DNA from: Lama guanicoe
Lineage: Eukaryota
NCBI GenBank assembly: GCA_013239625.1
Contig: MU054187.1
Coordinates: forward strand, 17,476,711-17,540,710
DNA length: 64,000 nt
Direction: 5' to 3'
Of the stretch, positions 25,166-37,979 are shown in pieces. The translations under genes were made by a program, and so were the position numbers. The notes under the pieces are model-generated. The model was not told where the DNA came from and searched no databases. It saw only the letters and a list, made by a program, of their open reading frames with translations. Numbering within the stretch: the first letter of the stretch is position 1; the number at the start of each line of letters is the position of its first letter.

Positions 25166-26039
25166 CAAATGAAAGAAAATACGAAGATAATGTTTCCTTC
25201 AGCCCAGTTGAAGTTGTGTTCTTACAATTTTTATATATGAGCTAGAGAATTGCTTTCATTTATATATTTGACAGCACTGTAGAATGACATATTATTTTCT
25301 TATAAAATGCTTTGTGTTTATCATATTACAATTATCCCCTGTTATTCAAAAATTTTCATAGATTTGGATAATAGTTCTTATAAAAGAAAATCATTGATGA
25401 AATAAAGGAAGATTTACTTAGACTTACAGTTCATGAGTTTTAAGACACTATTCAGTTTTCTTTAAAAGCATATAGTAAATTTTTACTATGGAAAGGGGAT
25501 AGAACTACACACTTAAAATTTAAAATATTTTTAAATTTAAATTTTGGAATACATAAGACAATTGCACCAATAGCAGCACTCTAATTTATTTATCTGCTTT
25601 GATATTCATGATCAATGATGCTAAAATTTGTAATTGACTTTTTCAACTCCAAATTGGCTTTATTCTCTGTCAATTGCTTACCTTCTTCATGTAACCATGT
25701 AAATTACTGCATATTCATATATAAAAGCTGAAAAGTAAAAGAATTAAAGAATGTCAACCAATTAAAACTTCAATAAACTTCCTTTCCTTCTAACATCTTT
25801 TCTGTTAAGTATATATTAGTATTTGTAAATTGTTAGACTCTGTTGCTCATTTAAGGCCAGTGATGTTACTGCCTCATGCCAGTTTCAGTGGAACAGTTGG
25901 AGCTAGAAATTATTATCTGGAGATTGAGATGGTAGCTTTAATAAATAAAGGTGATAGTCACAATACATTTAGATAATAGTAATTAACAGACTCATTAGAC
26001 AGTGAGTTACTTGAGGCAGGATATCCTGTATTAATCCAT

Positions 26040-28230
26040 TGACTGATTCATTAATTCATGTATTTACCTATTAAGTCAAATATATTTTGTTTTTTGTTTT
26101 TTGCTTAGCATTTTTATTGATTTATAATCACTTTACAATGTTGTGTCAAATTCCAGTGTAGAGCACAATTTTTTAGTTATACATGAACATACATATATTC
26201 ATTGTCACATTTTTTTCTCTGTGAGCTACCATAAGATCTTGTATATATTTCCCTGTGCTACACAGTATAATCTTGTTTGTCTATTCTAAATTTTGAAATC
26301 CTGTCTATTCCTTCCCACCCTCCGCCCCCCTTGGCAACCACGAGTTTGTATTCTATGTCTATGAGTCTATTTCTGTTTTGTATTTATGTTTTAGTTTTTT
26401 TGGTTTTTTTTTTTAGATTCCACATATGAGCGATCTCATATGGTATTTTTCTTTCTCTTTCTGGCTTACTTCACTTAGAATGGCAGTCTCCAAGAGCATC
26501 CATGTTGCTGCAAATGGTGTTATATTGTGGGTTTTTATGGCTGAGTAGTTTTCCATTGTATAAATACACCACTTCTTCTTTATCCAGTCATCCATTGATG
26601 GACATTTAGGCTGTCTCCGTGTCTTGGCTATTGTAAATAGTGCTGCTATGAACATTGGGATGCAGGTGTCATCCTGAAATAGGGTTCCTTCTGGATATAT
26701 GCCCAGGAGAGGGATTCCTGGGTCATATGATAAGTCTATTCCTAGTCTTTTGAGGAATCTCCATACTGTTTTCCACAGTGGCTGCACCAAACTGCATTCC
26801 CACCAGCAGTGTAGGAGGGTTCCCCTTTCTCTACAGCCTCTCCAGCATTTGTCATTTGTGGATTTTTGAATGATGGCCATTCTGACTGGTGTGAGGTGAT
26901 AACCTCATTGTAGTTTTGATTTGCATTTCTCTGATAATTAGTGATATTGAGCATTTTTTCATATGCCTATTGATCATTTGTATGTCTTCCTTGGAGAATT
27001 GTTTGTTTAGGTCTTTTGCCCATTTTTAGGTTGGTTTGTTTGGTTGTTTCTTATTAAGTCTTATGAGCTGCTTATATATGCTGGAGATCAAGCCTTTGTC
27101 GGTTTCATTTGCGAAAATTTTCTCCCATTCCGTAGGTTGTCTTTTTGTTTTACTTATGGTTTCCTTTGCTGTGCAGAAGCTTGTAAGTTTCATTAGGTCC
27201 CATTTGTTTATTCTTGCTTTTATTTATATCACTTGAGTAGACTGTTCTAGGAGAACATTTTTGAGATGTATATCAGATAATGTTTTGCCTATATTTTCTT
27301 CCAGGAGGTTTATTGTATCTTGTCTTGTGTTTAAGTCTTTGATCCATTTTGAGTTGATTTTTGTGTATGGTGTAAGGGAGTGTTCTAGCTTCATTGTTTT
27401 ACATGCTGCTGTCCAGTTTTTCCAGCACCATTTGCTGAAGAGTCTGTCTTTATTCCATTGTATATGCTTGCCTCCTTTGTCAAAGATTAGTTGACCAAAA
27501 GTTTGTGGGTTCATTTCTGGGCTCTCCATTCTGTTCCATTGGTCTATATGTCTATTTTTGTACCAATACCATGCTGTCTTGATGACTGTAGCTCTGTAGT
27601 ATCGTCTGAAGTCTGGGAGAGTTATTCCTCCAGCCTCTTTCTTTTTCTTCAGTAATGCTTTGGCAATTCAAGGTCTTTGATGGTTCCATATAAATTTTAT
27701 TATGATTTGTTCTAGTTCTGTGAAATATGTTCTGGGTAACTTGATAGGGATTGCATTAAATCTGTAGATTGCCTTGGCAGTGTGACCATTTTAACAATAT
27801 TGATTCTTCCAATCCAAGAGCATGGGATATCTTTATATTTTGAATATCAAAAATGTACCAGCCACAGATATTCTAGACAATAAAAACAGAGCAATAAACA
27901 AGATCAGCATCTTTATGCCAGAGATCTCACATTCTAGTGGGAAAGAAATATAATAAGCAAATAAATAAAAATAACATCAGATATTGAGAAGTGTCAGAAA
28001 GATAGAATGTGTGGAGAAGGAAATATTAGAAAAAGTAATCCAATGATCCCTTGCTAAGGGGGAGAAATTTGAACAAAAATCAGATGATAAGAAGGAGTCA
28101 GTGGAAGAAGAGTGGTTCAGTAAAAGGAACAATAAAGAGAAAGGCCATGAGACAGAAACTGGCTTGACAAATTAAGGGAAAAAGTGAGGCTGGTTTTTAG
28201 TAAAGCATGGAAAATGAGGATTAGGGTGGT
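26040..28230 (-). mobile_element. L2 element split by the young L1 insertion
   Basis: Reverse L2 tail at 26040-26085; continues after the L1 (gatctcacattctagtggg...atttgaacaaaaatcagatgataagaaggagtcag). Confidence 0.65.
26090..27833 (-). mobile_element. Young 5'-truncated L1 (camelid L1_Vpa-like), about 1.74 kb, with TSD
   Basis: ORFs 27224-27529 and 26413-26880 are L1 ORF2 ([18 protein letters not shown] cysteine-rich C-terminus); poly(A) tail at the 26090 end; perfect TSD tatattttg at 26081-26089 and 27834-27842. Confidence 0.97.
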
Positions 28231-29506
28231 GAGAGGTATTTTCTCATCTTTTATATTTGTAATGCCTAAAATAGTGCAAACCAAGTGACTGAACAACCAA
28301 AGAGTGCACATATATTGTGACATTAGTATGTAAAAAATATCTAAGACTTCTTTTAAAATGTAAAACATTTCTATTCTAAAAATAAAGTGCATAATTTAAA
28401 AATTATATTCAGATGATGAACATCTTAAAATCTTTTATAATATTAAGAGATTATGACAAGCTAAAGAGAAGGAAATGAGCATTTCCAATGTATCTAAAAT
28501 AATTTTTGACATTTAAGAACTGTAACAATAATGTAACTTATAGAAAAATCTCCCAGATTCTGAGTATCTACTGCTTTCCCTGATCAACTCGTATTACTCT
28601 CTCTACAGCAGATTGGAAGGTGCTGATTAGGTGATACTGAAGGATATTAGTCCCGTAAGCAGTAGGTTCAACAATGCCAAACACAGGGTAAAATGGCGCT
28701 TCTTGTCCTTTTCCTCCCTTTTAAACAGGATGTAAACATTAGCAGGGTGACACTGATGATGGAGGAAATGAATGTTCCCATAAAACCAAAGTATGCATCC
28801 TGTTTTATTATGCACTTGGGTACATTATCTAAGCTCGTTATTTTAATGACAGAAGCAGAACAAAATTAATACATAGTCTAAAAACACATTTTGCAAAGAT
28901 TGAAATACAGTCATTAATGGGTTTTCTGTATAAATGTTTCTTGTCCTTATGACAACACAGAAATATTAGAATTGACTTGCTGGATGAAGATCCTAGCTAA
29001 GTCTACTTAAGACCCATTGTGGTGTTGTTCAAGCCATTGGTTCATAATCCACTTCTAATATCAAAGTCATATACCACATTCCTCATCTGTATTCTGGTTC
29101 AGTGGTTAAAGCATCAAGTCTCAATACTAATGCTATGTGTAGATGGGCAATATCATGTGCAGTACTAAGATAAATACAAGTTTAGTTCTTATCCATCTTT
29201 TTAAAATTCTAATAAAGTTAATATACATCCTGTGTGATAAATGCTTAGAATTAGAAAGGACATAAAGTTTGTTTACATAAATGGGAAAACTATGACTTTG
29301 TAGTTAATCTAGATAGAAAGTTTTCAGGCGTTGAGGAAATCATATACACCAGTTTTTAGGAAATATGACCAAAAACTATTTCCCTATACAGTTTTGAAAT
29401 TTGCAAAACCAAAACGTAGTTAAATAAATAAAATGTGTCAAGACATTCTAAATAGTGCTTATTCTCTCTAGACATCTGACTATCTAAGATATGAAGATAT
29501 GGTGAG

Positions 29507-29526
29507 ATATATATATATATATATAT
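29507..29526. repeat. (AT)n microsatellite
   Basis: Direct reading. Confidence 0.9.
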
Positions 29527-30419
29527 TTGGACCTTCACTTGTTTTTTAATGTAATTATATTAAATTATTTCAGAAAAGAGAGCATCATGACCCTAAGTAA
29601 ACAAGAAACCAGAAGCTGAGATCCATGTTTGAGAGAATTCTCCTTCACATAACAATGAAATGCTGGCTATCTGCTGATGCCATGTAAATATATTTTGCAG
29701 TTCATATTCTGGCTCCTGTTATGTCTACAGCAGCCCAGGAGGAGTTAACCAATAAATTAATATAATAGAATTACGTCTGGTCAGAGGTTTGTTCTGCATG
29801 TGTGTGACTGGCATCATTTTTCTCAGAATAGATTTTAATTCTAAAAAGTGATGCATTGTTTTGGTCCTAAGACTTTATTTTCTAGACAGGAAAAAAGGAT
29901 AATGGTTCTTTATTCAACTACCATAATTGATTTTAAATTAATAGTGACTGTTTCTCAAGCATCTCCAAGAGATAAACATGGTGAGCTATTAAGTAATAAT
30001 CAATTTGGTAATAAATAAAAAGTCTTTGGTATTAAATTAACCTATAACAGCATTTAAATGATATAATAAAATAAGCCCTTCAAATTAGTTTATCTATCAT
30101 ACATGACTAATATGTTTCCAATTCTGTAACTAATTATTTACATGTATAATGTATAACATGAGATTTTAAAGACCAAATATCATATTGAGTTAGGATCTAT
30201 AGTATTTACTGATGAGTAGACAAACAGTATTATATTTTAGTGCATTAAACATTGCACTTCAACAAATATAGTTAGTGGGTTTGGATTTTTGGAAGATACT
30301 TAGTTGTAAACTATACCTTTAAGAAATGTTTATCTTTGGAAAAAATGTCAAACTAAAATCAAGAATCTTGGGTCTTAATTTTTGGCTCTGCCGCTAGTAA
30401 CTGTGAGCTTGAGAAATTA

Positions 30420-31050
30420 AGTTCAATTCAATTCAATATCACTTCATTAAATATTTATGGAGCAACCTCTTTTGTGCAAGGATGGGGAGACCAAAACATA
30501 TTCGAAGGCAGAGGGGAGGAATCCAGTAGAGAACAGAAGATTAAAGATGCTAGCAAGGAGAATAATTGATGTAATAGAGTCTGAGACAGAGACGATAAGA
30601 TAAAGAGCACAAATCTAGGGGTTAGTCTCAGTAGAGAGAAGGAGTAGGTCTTCCTAAGAGATAAGAACTCAAAAGGAAATGTGAACTAAAGATAAGGGAG
30701 ATTTTGAGGTGGAGAGAAGGCAGTATGGGGATGCTCACATTGGATTGATTTTTGTCTCAGTACAGAAGGTGCTGAAGCCATCTGTTGAGGTCGAATGCCA
30801 CTTGGGATATTGAAGTAGTGAAGAAGTTTGAGATGGTTACAGTAGAGAATGCAGTGAAGAGGAAAATGAGGCATCAAAAATCACCACAAAGCACTAAGGG
30901 CGGGGAATCAATTAATTAATATGATATTGTGCTAGTTGCAATCAACAGAGTTTCACGGCCTTCTCCATAAAAGCTAGAGTCAAAAGCACTGCAAAGCATG
31001 GGGCAGTCAGAAATTCCCAGTTCTAGGTATTGAAAACACAAAATGAGGAG
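30420..31050 (-). mobile_element. L2 fragments (3' tail and internal)
   Basis: ttcattaaatatttatggagc tail; gaatccagtagagaacagaagattaaagatg...gagcacaaat internal L2-like sequence. Confidence 0.55.
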
Positions 31051-31089
31051 AGGCCAAAAGAATGCTTGCTTGCTTGTTTGCTTGTTTCC

Positions 31090-32280
31090 AAGCAATTTAA
31101 AAACTATCTTTCTATTATCTTCTGGCCTTCATTGCATTTGATATGAAATCAGTCACTGTTCATATTTTTATTATTTTATATGTGTTTCCCCCACTCTGGC
31201 TGTTTTAAACATTTTTTCTTAACTTTTGTTTTCCTCTGAAAATTTTGATGTGGCTAGATGTGGTTCTTATTACTGTTCTGCTCAAGATTTACAGAGATTT
31301 TTGTATCTGCGGATTTTTTTTTTTACTAAATTGAGGACATTTCTGTCTTCTTTATTTTTTTGTGTATATTTATTGCCTCATTTCTCTCTTCTCCCCTGAG
31401 ACTTCAGTCACACATATGTTAAACCATTTCACATTACACCACAGTTTCACTAATGTTCTGCATATTTTCTTTTTAAGTTTTTCCTCTCTGTTCTTCAGAT
31501 GGAATAAGTTTAATTTATCTGCTTTAAGTTTACAAATCCTTTCTTCAATGGGCTTAATCTGGTAGTAAGCCTTGGAGTGAATCTGGGGGGGCTACAGACA
31601 TTCAGTCCAGAGCAATTCTGTTTGATCCTGTCCATCAGTTTTGCTTTGTCTTTTCCTTTGAAAGGGTGGATCTATCCTGATTTAGTGCCTAGTCCTAGAA
31701 TGTGGACTTTACTCTTAAAGCATAATCTTCCTTGGGATGCATCAGAATGTCCAAGTTATTTGACAAAGTCTGTCTAGTCTGGCTGGGCTGGAACTCCAAT
31801 TCAGTTTCTGGTATCTTTGTTCAAAGTTTACTTTTGCAATAGCTATTCTCTGGTAGACCTCGCAGACTTCCACCTTACACATGCACTGCCCGGTCCTTCC
31901 ACCGAAGACCTGTGGGAACCCCTGCATAAAATTCTCAGCTCTTTCTCTGCATACCTCTCTCCTTTCTGGTTCCTGCCCTGAAAATTTAGCCAATTCATCA
32001 GATACAAAATCTAATCTCTCTCACTTCAGCTCAGTTTGGTCTGCTTGGGCCCCTGCTTATTGCATTATAATCAGAAAAATATCCTGGGAAGAAAACTCAG
32101 GCAAATGTGGGGCTACCTTTTTTTTTGTTTCTCTTCTTTCAAGAATCAAATTTTGTGTGTCCTATTTTCCACTGGAGGTTAAAACAGTTGCTTCGTGTAT
32201 TTTGTCTGTTTTATGGTTGGTTGCAGCAGGAGGGCAAGTTCAGTCTCAGTTCCCCGTTATGAAGAGTAGTGGAGATTACA
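31090..32280 (-). mobile_element. Old L1M (L1ME/M5-like) ORF1/5' region
   Basis: tcttctggccttcattgcatttgatatgaaatcag...gacttcagtcacacatatgttaaaccattt are reverse-strand old L1 ORF1 motifs. Confidence 0.65.
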
Positions 32281-32972
32281 GTTAGGGCATATTAGAAAGT
32301 AAAATTTTCTCAAAACCCTAGTTGCCTTTTTATATATTTGATTGTAATGCCCTGTATGAGGTAATAGTTCACAATGCTTTTTAAGAAACACATAGATCTC
32401 TAGAGTTAATTTTTAGCATTCAGAATTTTTTATAGCTCTGTTGGCAAGTCATTCCCTCATCTCTTTTCCCTGAGCTCAAAGATAGTCTTGCTACAAGGTC
32501 AAAATTTAACTAGCCTTTGTTGCTTTGGCTTATATTTTTATTATCATTCATTTATTTTTTTCCCTCTTGCACATAAGAAATAGCTGCATCTTCCAACCCC
32601 AAATGTTTCAGAATTTCTGGACAGTCTACATTCTCTTTTATAGCCTTGCAATGCAACTTTTCCAATCCTCTCACCCCAGTTCCTTTCTCAGACCATCTCC
32701 TTCTTTTATAATCTCATCAGTCAGTCACTAATAACTACACCTGCTAATAGCATCCATCCCCCAACCTCTTCATGTAGAACTACAAACTGACTTGTTATAT
32801 TTTTGTCAGTTGGCATTTTTACTAAGTATTTCACCACCACGTACTACATGCTGTCGTTTGCCATGTTCGATTGTAGTTTTCTCACCATGTTCCTTCTGTC
32901 CTTAAACTAAAGCCACGTGATTTACCTTTTGTTTTTGTTCTTAAAGCAGCATCCACTTCTAGTACTAATTTC

Positions 32973-33397
32973 TGTGTCAAGTTTTCTGTATATAATGTTT
33001 CCTTAAAACACAATCCTAAAATCTCACTGGACTTTTAATAAAAGTGTTTTCCTTTATGCAATTTGTACAAGCTGCGTGTCAGCTGTAGTTCTCCATGCTC
33101 TCTTTAGGAACCAGGATGAAGAGCCATCTCTTATCTGTGACAATACCATTATGATGCGGCAATGAGAAGACATGTATGATGAAATCATGCAACGGTTCTT
33201 TAAACTTCTGCTCAGAAGCAACAAAGTCACTTACACTTACATTTCATTTGCCAACCCATTAGTATAGCAAAGTGCAACATAAATGGAATGAAGACTATAA
33301 TCTGTACATAGCAAGGACTCTTCGGTAAAGGACCTTGAATGAGGGGGCCCAGACAGAAAACCAATGTATATTTTGAATAGTATTTCAATGTATGACA
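32973..33397 (-). mobile_element. MLT1I/J/K-like MaLR solo LTR
   Basis: aatcctaaaatctcactgg...aaacttctgctcagaag...cacttacatttcatttgccaa...tttgaatagtatttcaatgtatgaca. Confidence 0.65.
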
Positions 33398-33399
33398 CC

Positions 33400-33665
33400 A
33401 TATTTATGTTTCAAAAGGATCTCTTTGGTTGCTGTCCTGAAAACAAAGTTTAAGAAGGCAAGGTAAAAGCAAAGCAATTCATTAAAAGAGTATCTCATAA
33501 TCCAAGTAAGAGATAATAAAGGCCTAAATAGAGTTGTGGCAAGAGTTAAAAAAAGAAGTTGGTTCTGGATATGTTTTTAAGGAAGAGTCAGTGGGATTTA
33601 TTGATTTATACTTACTAAGCATGAGTGAAAAATAAGCCACAAGAATGACTTAAATGTTTAGGTGT
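33400..33665 (-). mobile_element. L2 fragment
   Basis: aaaaggatctctttggttgctg...taatccaagtaagagataataaaggcct...ttctggatatgttttt. Confidence 0.7.
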
Positions 33666-33689
33666 AGGCTTAGATTTCTTAGTATCCAG

Positions 33690-34329
33690 ACTTAGTCAAA
33701 ATTGCAAAGTATGAGAACACGGTCCTCAAGACCATCGTGACTTCTGAAGTCAACTACAAGTTCACAGAATTTGCAAAACCACCTTCAGATTCAGTCAATA
33801 ATCTGCCAAGAAGGAGTCACAGAACTCACTGGAGAGCTATGATACTCACTGTATTAGTATATTATAGGGAAAGGGAACAGATCAAATTCAGTCAAATGAA
33901 AAGCATAGGGCAGGGTTCCATATGCAAAGATTTCATTGTCCTTCCTTAGGGAGTCAGAACGCATTACACTCTTGGCATCAATGTACAACAGCACACACAG
34001 AGTACTGCCAATAAGGGAAGCCTACCTGAGCTTTGGTGTTCACAGAATTTAACATGGGGCTCCTCAGTCACGACAGATTAATTTCCTATGTGGTTGATTT
34101 CAGTCTCCAAGTCAACTGACAACACATGAACTAAAGCCCCTACCCTAAATCACATGGTTCATCTTACTAGTATAGCCATTCTCCACTCTATCAGCTGATA
34201 TATTCAGTCCTTTCTCTAAACCAAGATACTCCTATCAGGAATGACATACCTTACCTGTTAGATCAGGAATGACATACCTTACCTGTTAGATGCCCAAGGG
34301 CAGGGAAAGGCCAAATTATTTTCTACACA
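33690..34329 (-). mobile_element. MER21/MER77-group ERVL solo LTR
   Basis: caagacca...cttctgaagtcaactacaagtt...cacagaactcactg...agggaagcctacctgagctttggtgt...aaggccaaattatttTCTACACA. Confidence 0.7.
34234..34289. repeat. Perfect 28-bp tandem duplication
   Basis: atcaggaatgacataccttacctgttag at 34234-34261 and 34262-34289. Confidence 0.98.
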
Positions 34330-34814
34330 TACGCCTATTTTCAATCCAGTTATTCTGTTGAGAGAGAGACTGAATTGCCCCATGTTTTTAGAACAATCAT
34401 ACTCGTCATCCCAGACCAAATCAGTATGACACCAGCTTTAGGAACTACATCTCTGCAGCACAAGACACCAGTAGAATAAATCTTGTTGAGACAACCGTAA
34501 TATTGAGAAGTGCAATTAAGGAAACCTGAAAGGTAATTTGAGAGAAAGCAACTGCTCATTAAAGGGTGGAGTCTAGGTGATTCGGACTTTAGTAGATTTA
34601 TGCTAAATGGCTTTGTGAGGAGGTAGCATTTAATCTGAGTTTTGAAGAATAAAGACTGAAAATCAAAAAGGAGAAAAAACAATTTAAATATGAGTAAAGA
34701 AAAAATTTAAAATAAAAATGAAGGGAGTATGGCACAGTGAACTAGGATTAGGAAGTATGAGATTAGAATGGAAATGGAAATAGAAATCAGGTTACATAGA
34801 GCAGTAACAGGCAT

Positions 34815-35266
34815 TGTGAGTGCCCATATGTCTTGAACCCTACCACTTCTGAATGCTCAGACTTCCAGAGGTTGGATCTATATTTCTGTGCAGAACTTTG
34901 TGTAGACTCGAGTTATACAGAATAATACCCACATTCCAACAATCTTCAAACAATTACTAAGAAAAGAACATATATGTATATATCGATTTTAACCTCTCTT
35001 CCGAAGGTTGAGAGAGCTGGTAATTCTGTGATACATTATTTATACTACTTCCTAAAGCTAAACCATGGGGTGAAGTTCCAGTCTTTTTCTTTTCTCTGGA
35101 TTTTAACACACACTTTCTTGGCTCCTTCCTTTTCTGGTGTTGTGCCCCAACTCATCTTTTACAAATGTTTCCAGTACTTCAGAAAATACAAAACAAATAA
35201 CTGTTTCTTGCCCTTGAATCCTTGACCCGGAGTTTGCTACAGACAGAGAGAATCCAAAATAACACA
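34815..35266 (+). mobile_element. LTR16-like ERVL solo LTR
   Basis: 3' end cttgcccttgaatccttgacccggagtttgct...gaatccaaaataacaca resembles the LTR16 terminus. Confidence 0.55.
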
Positions 35267-35289
35267 AAGCCAAAAAAAAAAAAAAAAAA

Positions 35290-35870
35290 GGAAACCCATG
35301 GAAGGATTTTAAACAATGGAATAACATCTAGTAAATGTTTCAAAAAACTACTCTGACCTCTGTATATAAAAGGCATTAATGGAAGCAAGGCATTAATAGA
35401 AGCAGAGGCACTTAAAACCTGTTGCATTACTTGCATGAATGATTGTGATGTGGAAGTGTGTGAGGACAGAGGATATAAACAGGATTGGAAAATTCAAAAT
35501 ACATTTTGGAGACAGAATTGACAAGACAGATTGTTGGGCTGGATATGTTGGATTTAGGCAATGGAAAAAATCAGTAATGATTCCCACATTGTTTGCTGAT
35601 ATTACTTAACGAGATGACAAAGTCAAGCAGAGGAAATTTACTTACTTAATTTGGTGGGAGTGATCAAGAACTCCATTTTGGGCATATTTGGTTTGTCTAA
35701 CAAAACATTTAATTGGAGCTGTCAAGAAGGCATTTGAACATATGTTTAGTACTAGGAGGAGAGGGCTGGACTAGAGATTTAAATTAGGAATCCACCATCT
35801 GATAGATGCTATTCAAAGTCGTGGGACTGGATGAGATCATCTACAGAATAATCTAGAGAAAAGAGAAGGA
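35290..35870 (-). mobile_element. L2 (L2a-like) fragment
   Basis: catggaaggattttaaaca...cattttggagacagaattgacaagac...gggctggactagagatttaaattaggaatc...gggactggatgagatcatcta. Confidence 0.85.
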
Positions 35871-35929
35871 GTAAATGAGTGAATTATTCCATAAACAGTT
35901 TTAGATAACTACTAGTTAACAGTTAGCAA

Positions 35930-36650
35930 ACTTTCTTAGAATTCCGTAAATTAACAGTTTAAATGTGAAAAAACTGAAAACAAAGAGAAGTAGAAAAAAA
36001 TATGTGTCATATCATGTACACTGGAAGTGAACAAGGCTTTTATAGGCTAATACCACAGTCAGAAAGCAGAGTTTCCATAAAAAATTTCCATAAAAAATGG
36101 AAAATGTAAAAATGTGTACATCAGAAAAAAATCTCGAAAGAAAAATAATTAAAAGGTAAATATCAAAAAAGGTAAATATCACAATAAGAAAATGGTTTTA
36201 TTATATTTCTGTGCATATGTAGTTATCTATTTATATAAGTGATTTTTATGCCTATACAAGAAGTCAAATATTTTGATAGAAAAAAGACATACAATATGAA
36301 CAAAAATTAATGAAAAGGAAAAAATTTAAATTTCTGACAACTATATTCAAAATAAATAAAAAGCTCAACTACTCTGGTAAAAGGAGACATTGAAATTAAT
36401 CAACTAGCAGATACTTTTCTTCACCTATTAAAATGGAAAAGTTTTAAATGATAATGCCATATATTGGCAAGTGTATGGAATAATAGACTCTCTGAGTCTT
36501 CACTGATGAAAATGTAATTGGTCCAAATTTCTGGGTGACAATTTTACAATAGTCTAATAAAAAAGTCTCCTTGTTTTGATACTGCAGTTGCTCTTCTAGT
36601 CCTTTATCCCCCCAAATAATTAAAGATATATTTTAAAAAATTTTACATAG
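35930..36650 (+). mobile_element. Old L1ME-like ORF2 3' fragment
   Basis: A-rich; ttcacctattaaaatgg...tattggcaagtgtatgg...aatgtaattggtcca follow the ORF2-end order. Confidence 0.6.
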
Positions 36651-37979
36651 TGAGGATAGAGCCAGATATGTACTGTGGTCAACTTAGGATTCATGTATTT
36701 TCTACGAGGGATATGAAGATAAGATTCCTATTTATCCTTTTATCAAAAGTGGTGGTCAAACCTCCAACACTTCCATGGTTAAACCTCATGGAGACTGTGG
36801 CAGAACTGTACTCAGATACTCAGCTGGAAGTACCCGGAAAAGAGACAACTTGAAGAAACAAGGATGCCGTGAGGGGTTTTGAAAAGGGAGCTTCTCAGGA
36901 TGAATGCTGATGATTTCCCTTTGGGGTACAGTCTTTGGCATTTTGATTTCTAATTACAATAAAAGGTCAATGAGGTCAGGGGAATTTAAACAATGAACGG
37001 TTAATACCAATAGATTTAACTTTATAGAGCTTTGCAAGGTTTGATTCGTTCTTAATGCAATAAATACTTCTTCTAGGAATTAATGGTCTAATGAATGTGG
37101 GAGGGAAAAAAAGCAAATTTGAGGTTTTCTAATTCATACTTAATTTTATGATAAAATCATTACATAGCCAACAACTAAAAACCCACAAACTCAGAGTTTG
37201 TGTTAGGTCTTATTATTTTATCTTAAATTAACTCCATGCCTAAGCAAATAATAAAAGCTTTTAATGCACAAGTGTTTGCAAAACTGTTAAATTCCTTGAT
37301 ATTCTTTGTCTCCTTTGACACATAAATATTTATTGTGTGTTGTGTACACTTCTCCGAACAGCTTGCAATTAAATTATTATTGCTAGACTAAACAAATTAT
37401 TTTGACTCACAGTTAATCCTTAAATTATTAAACACTTTGTTTCTAAACTGTATATATAATTTATATTTATAATTAAATGTATTTGAACAACTCAAAGACA
37501 TGGCAAACAGAATACTGTTAATATTTCTAATAGGCACTCTTCTTTCCTGCACATATTCTCTGAAGATAAATGACTCCAGCATAATTTGTATTCTCTGCTT
37601 TAGCAATTGAGAATCTCATTTAAACAGACCAAAGTCTTATGGGTAAATGCTACTCAAATGTTAATTGAGGAAAAAATTTAAAGTGATCTTTAAAAGTAGA
37701 TTCTTTTTTAAAAAAAATTATTGTAATCTCTGTTTCCACATAAAATATTCCACATAAAATATTCTTTTTCTTAGGGCTGACATATACAGTTACACAGTTT
37801 ATGAACCACACAAAGGGACAGGACCAAATGAAGCTCATGGGAACTAAAATCTACCCAAACCTCTATGAGTCTAGGCCGTGTGGGAGACAGTACATCTACC
37901 CTGGGGTGAAAGTTCATGAAATGAGCCAGGTATGCTAGAACTGGCCCTGATTTTATGCATTCTTGTGTTTTGCAGAATA

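Noticed and set aside
26413..27529. 155-aa and 101-aa ORFs
   Set aside because: They are L1 ORF2 fragments of a truncated, frameshifted retrotransposon, not host genes.
36688..36882. About 65-codon open frame DSCIFYEGYEDKIPIYPF...GCREGF
   Set aside because: No strong acceptor, no recognisable homology, and this length is expected by chance.
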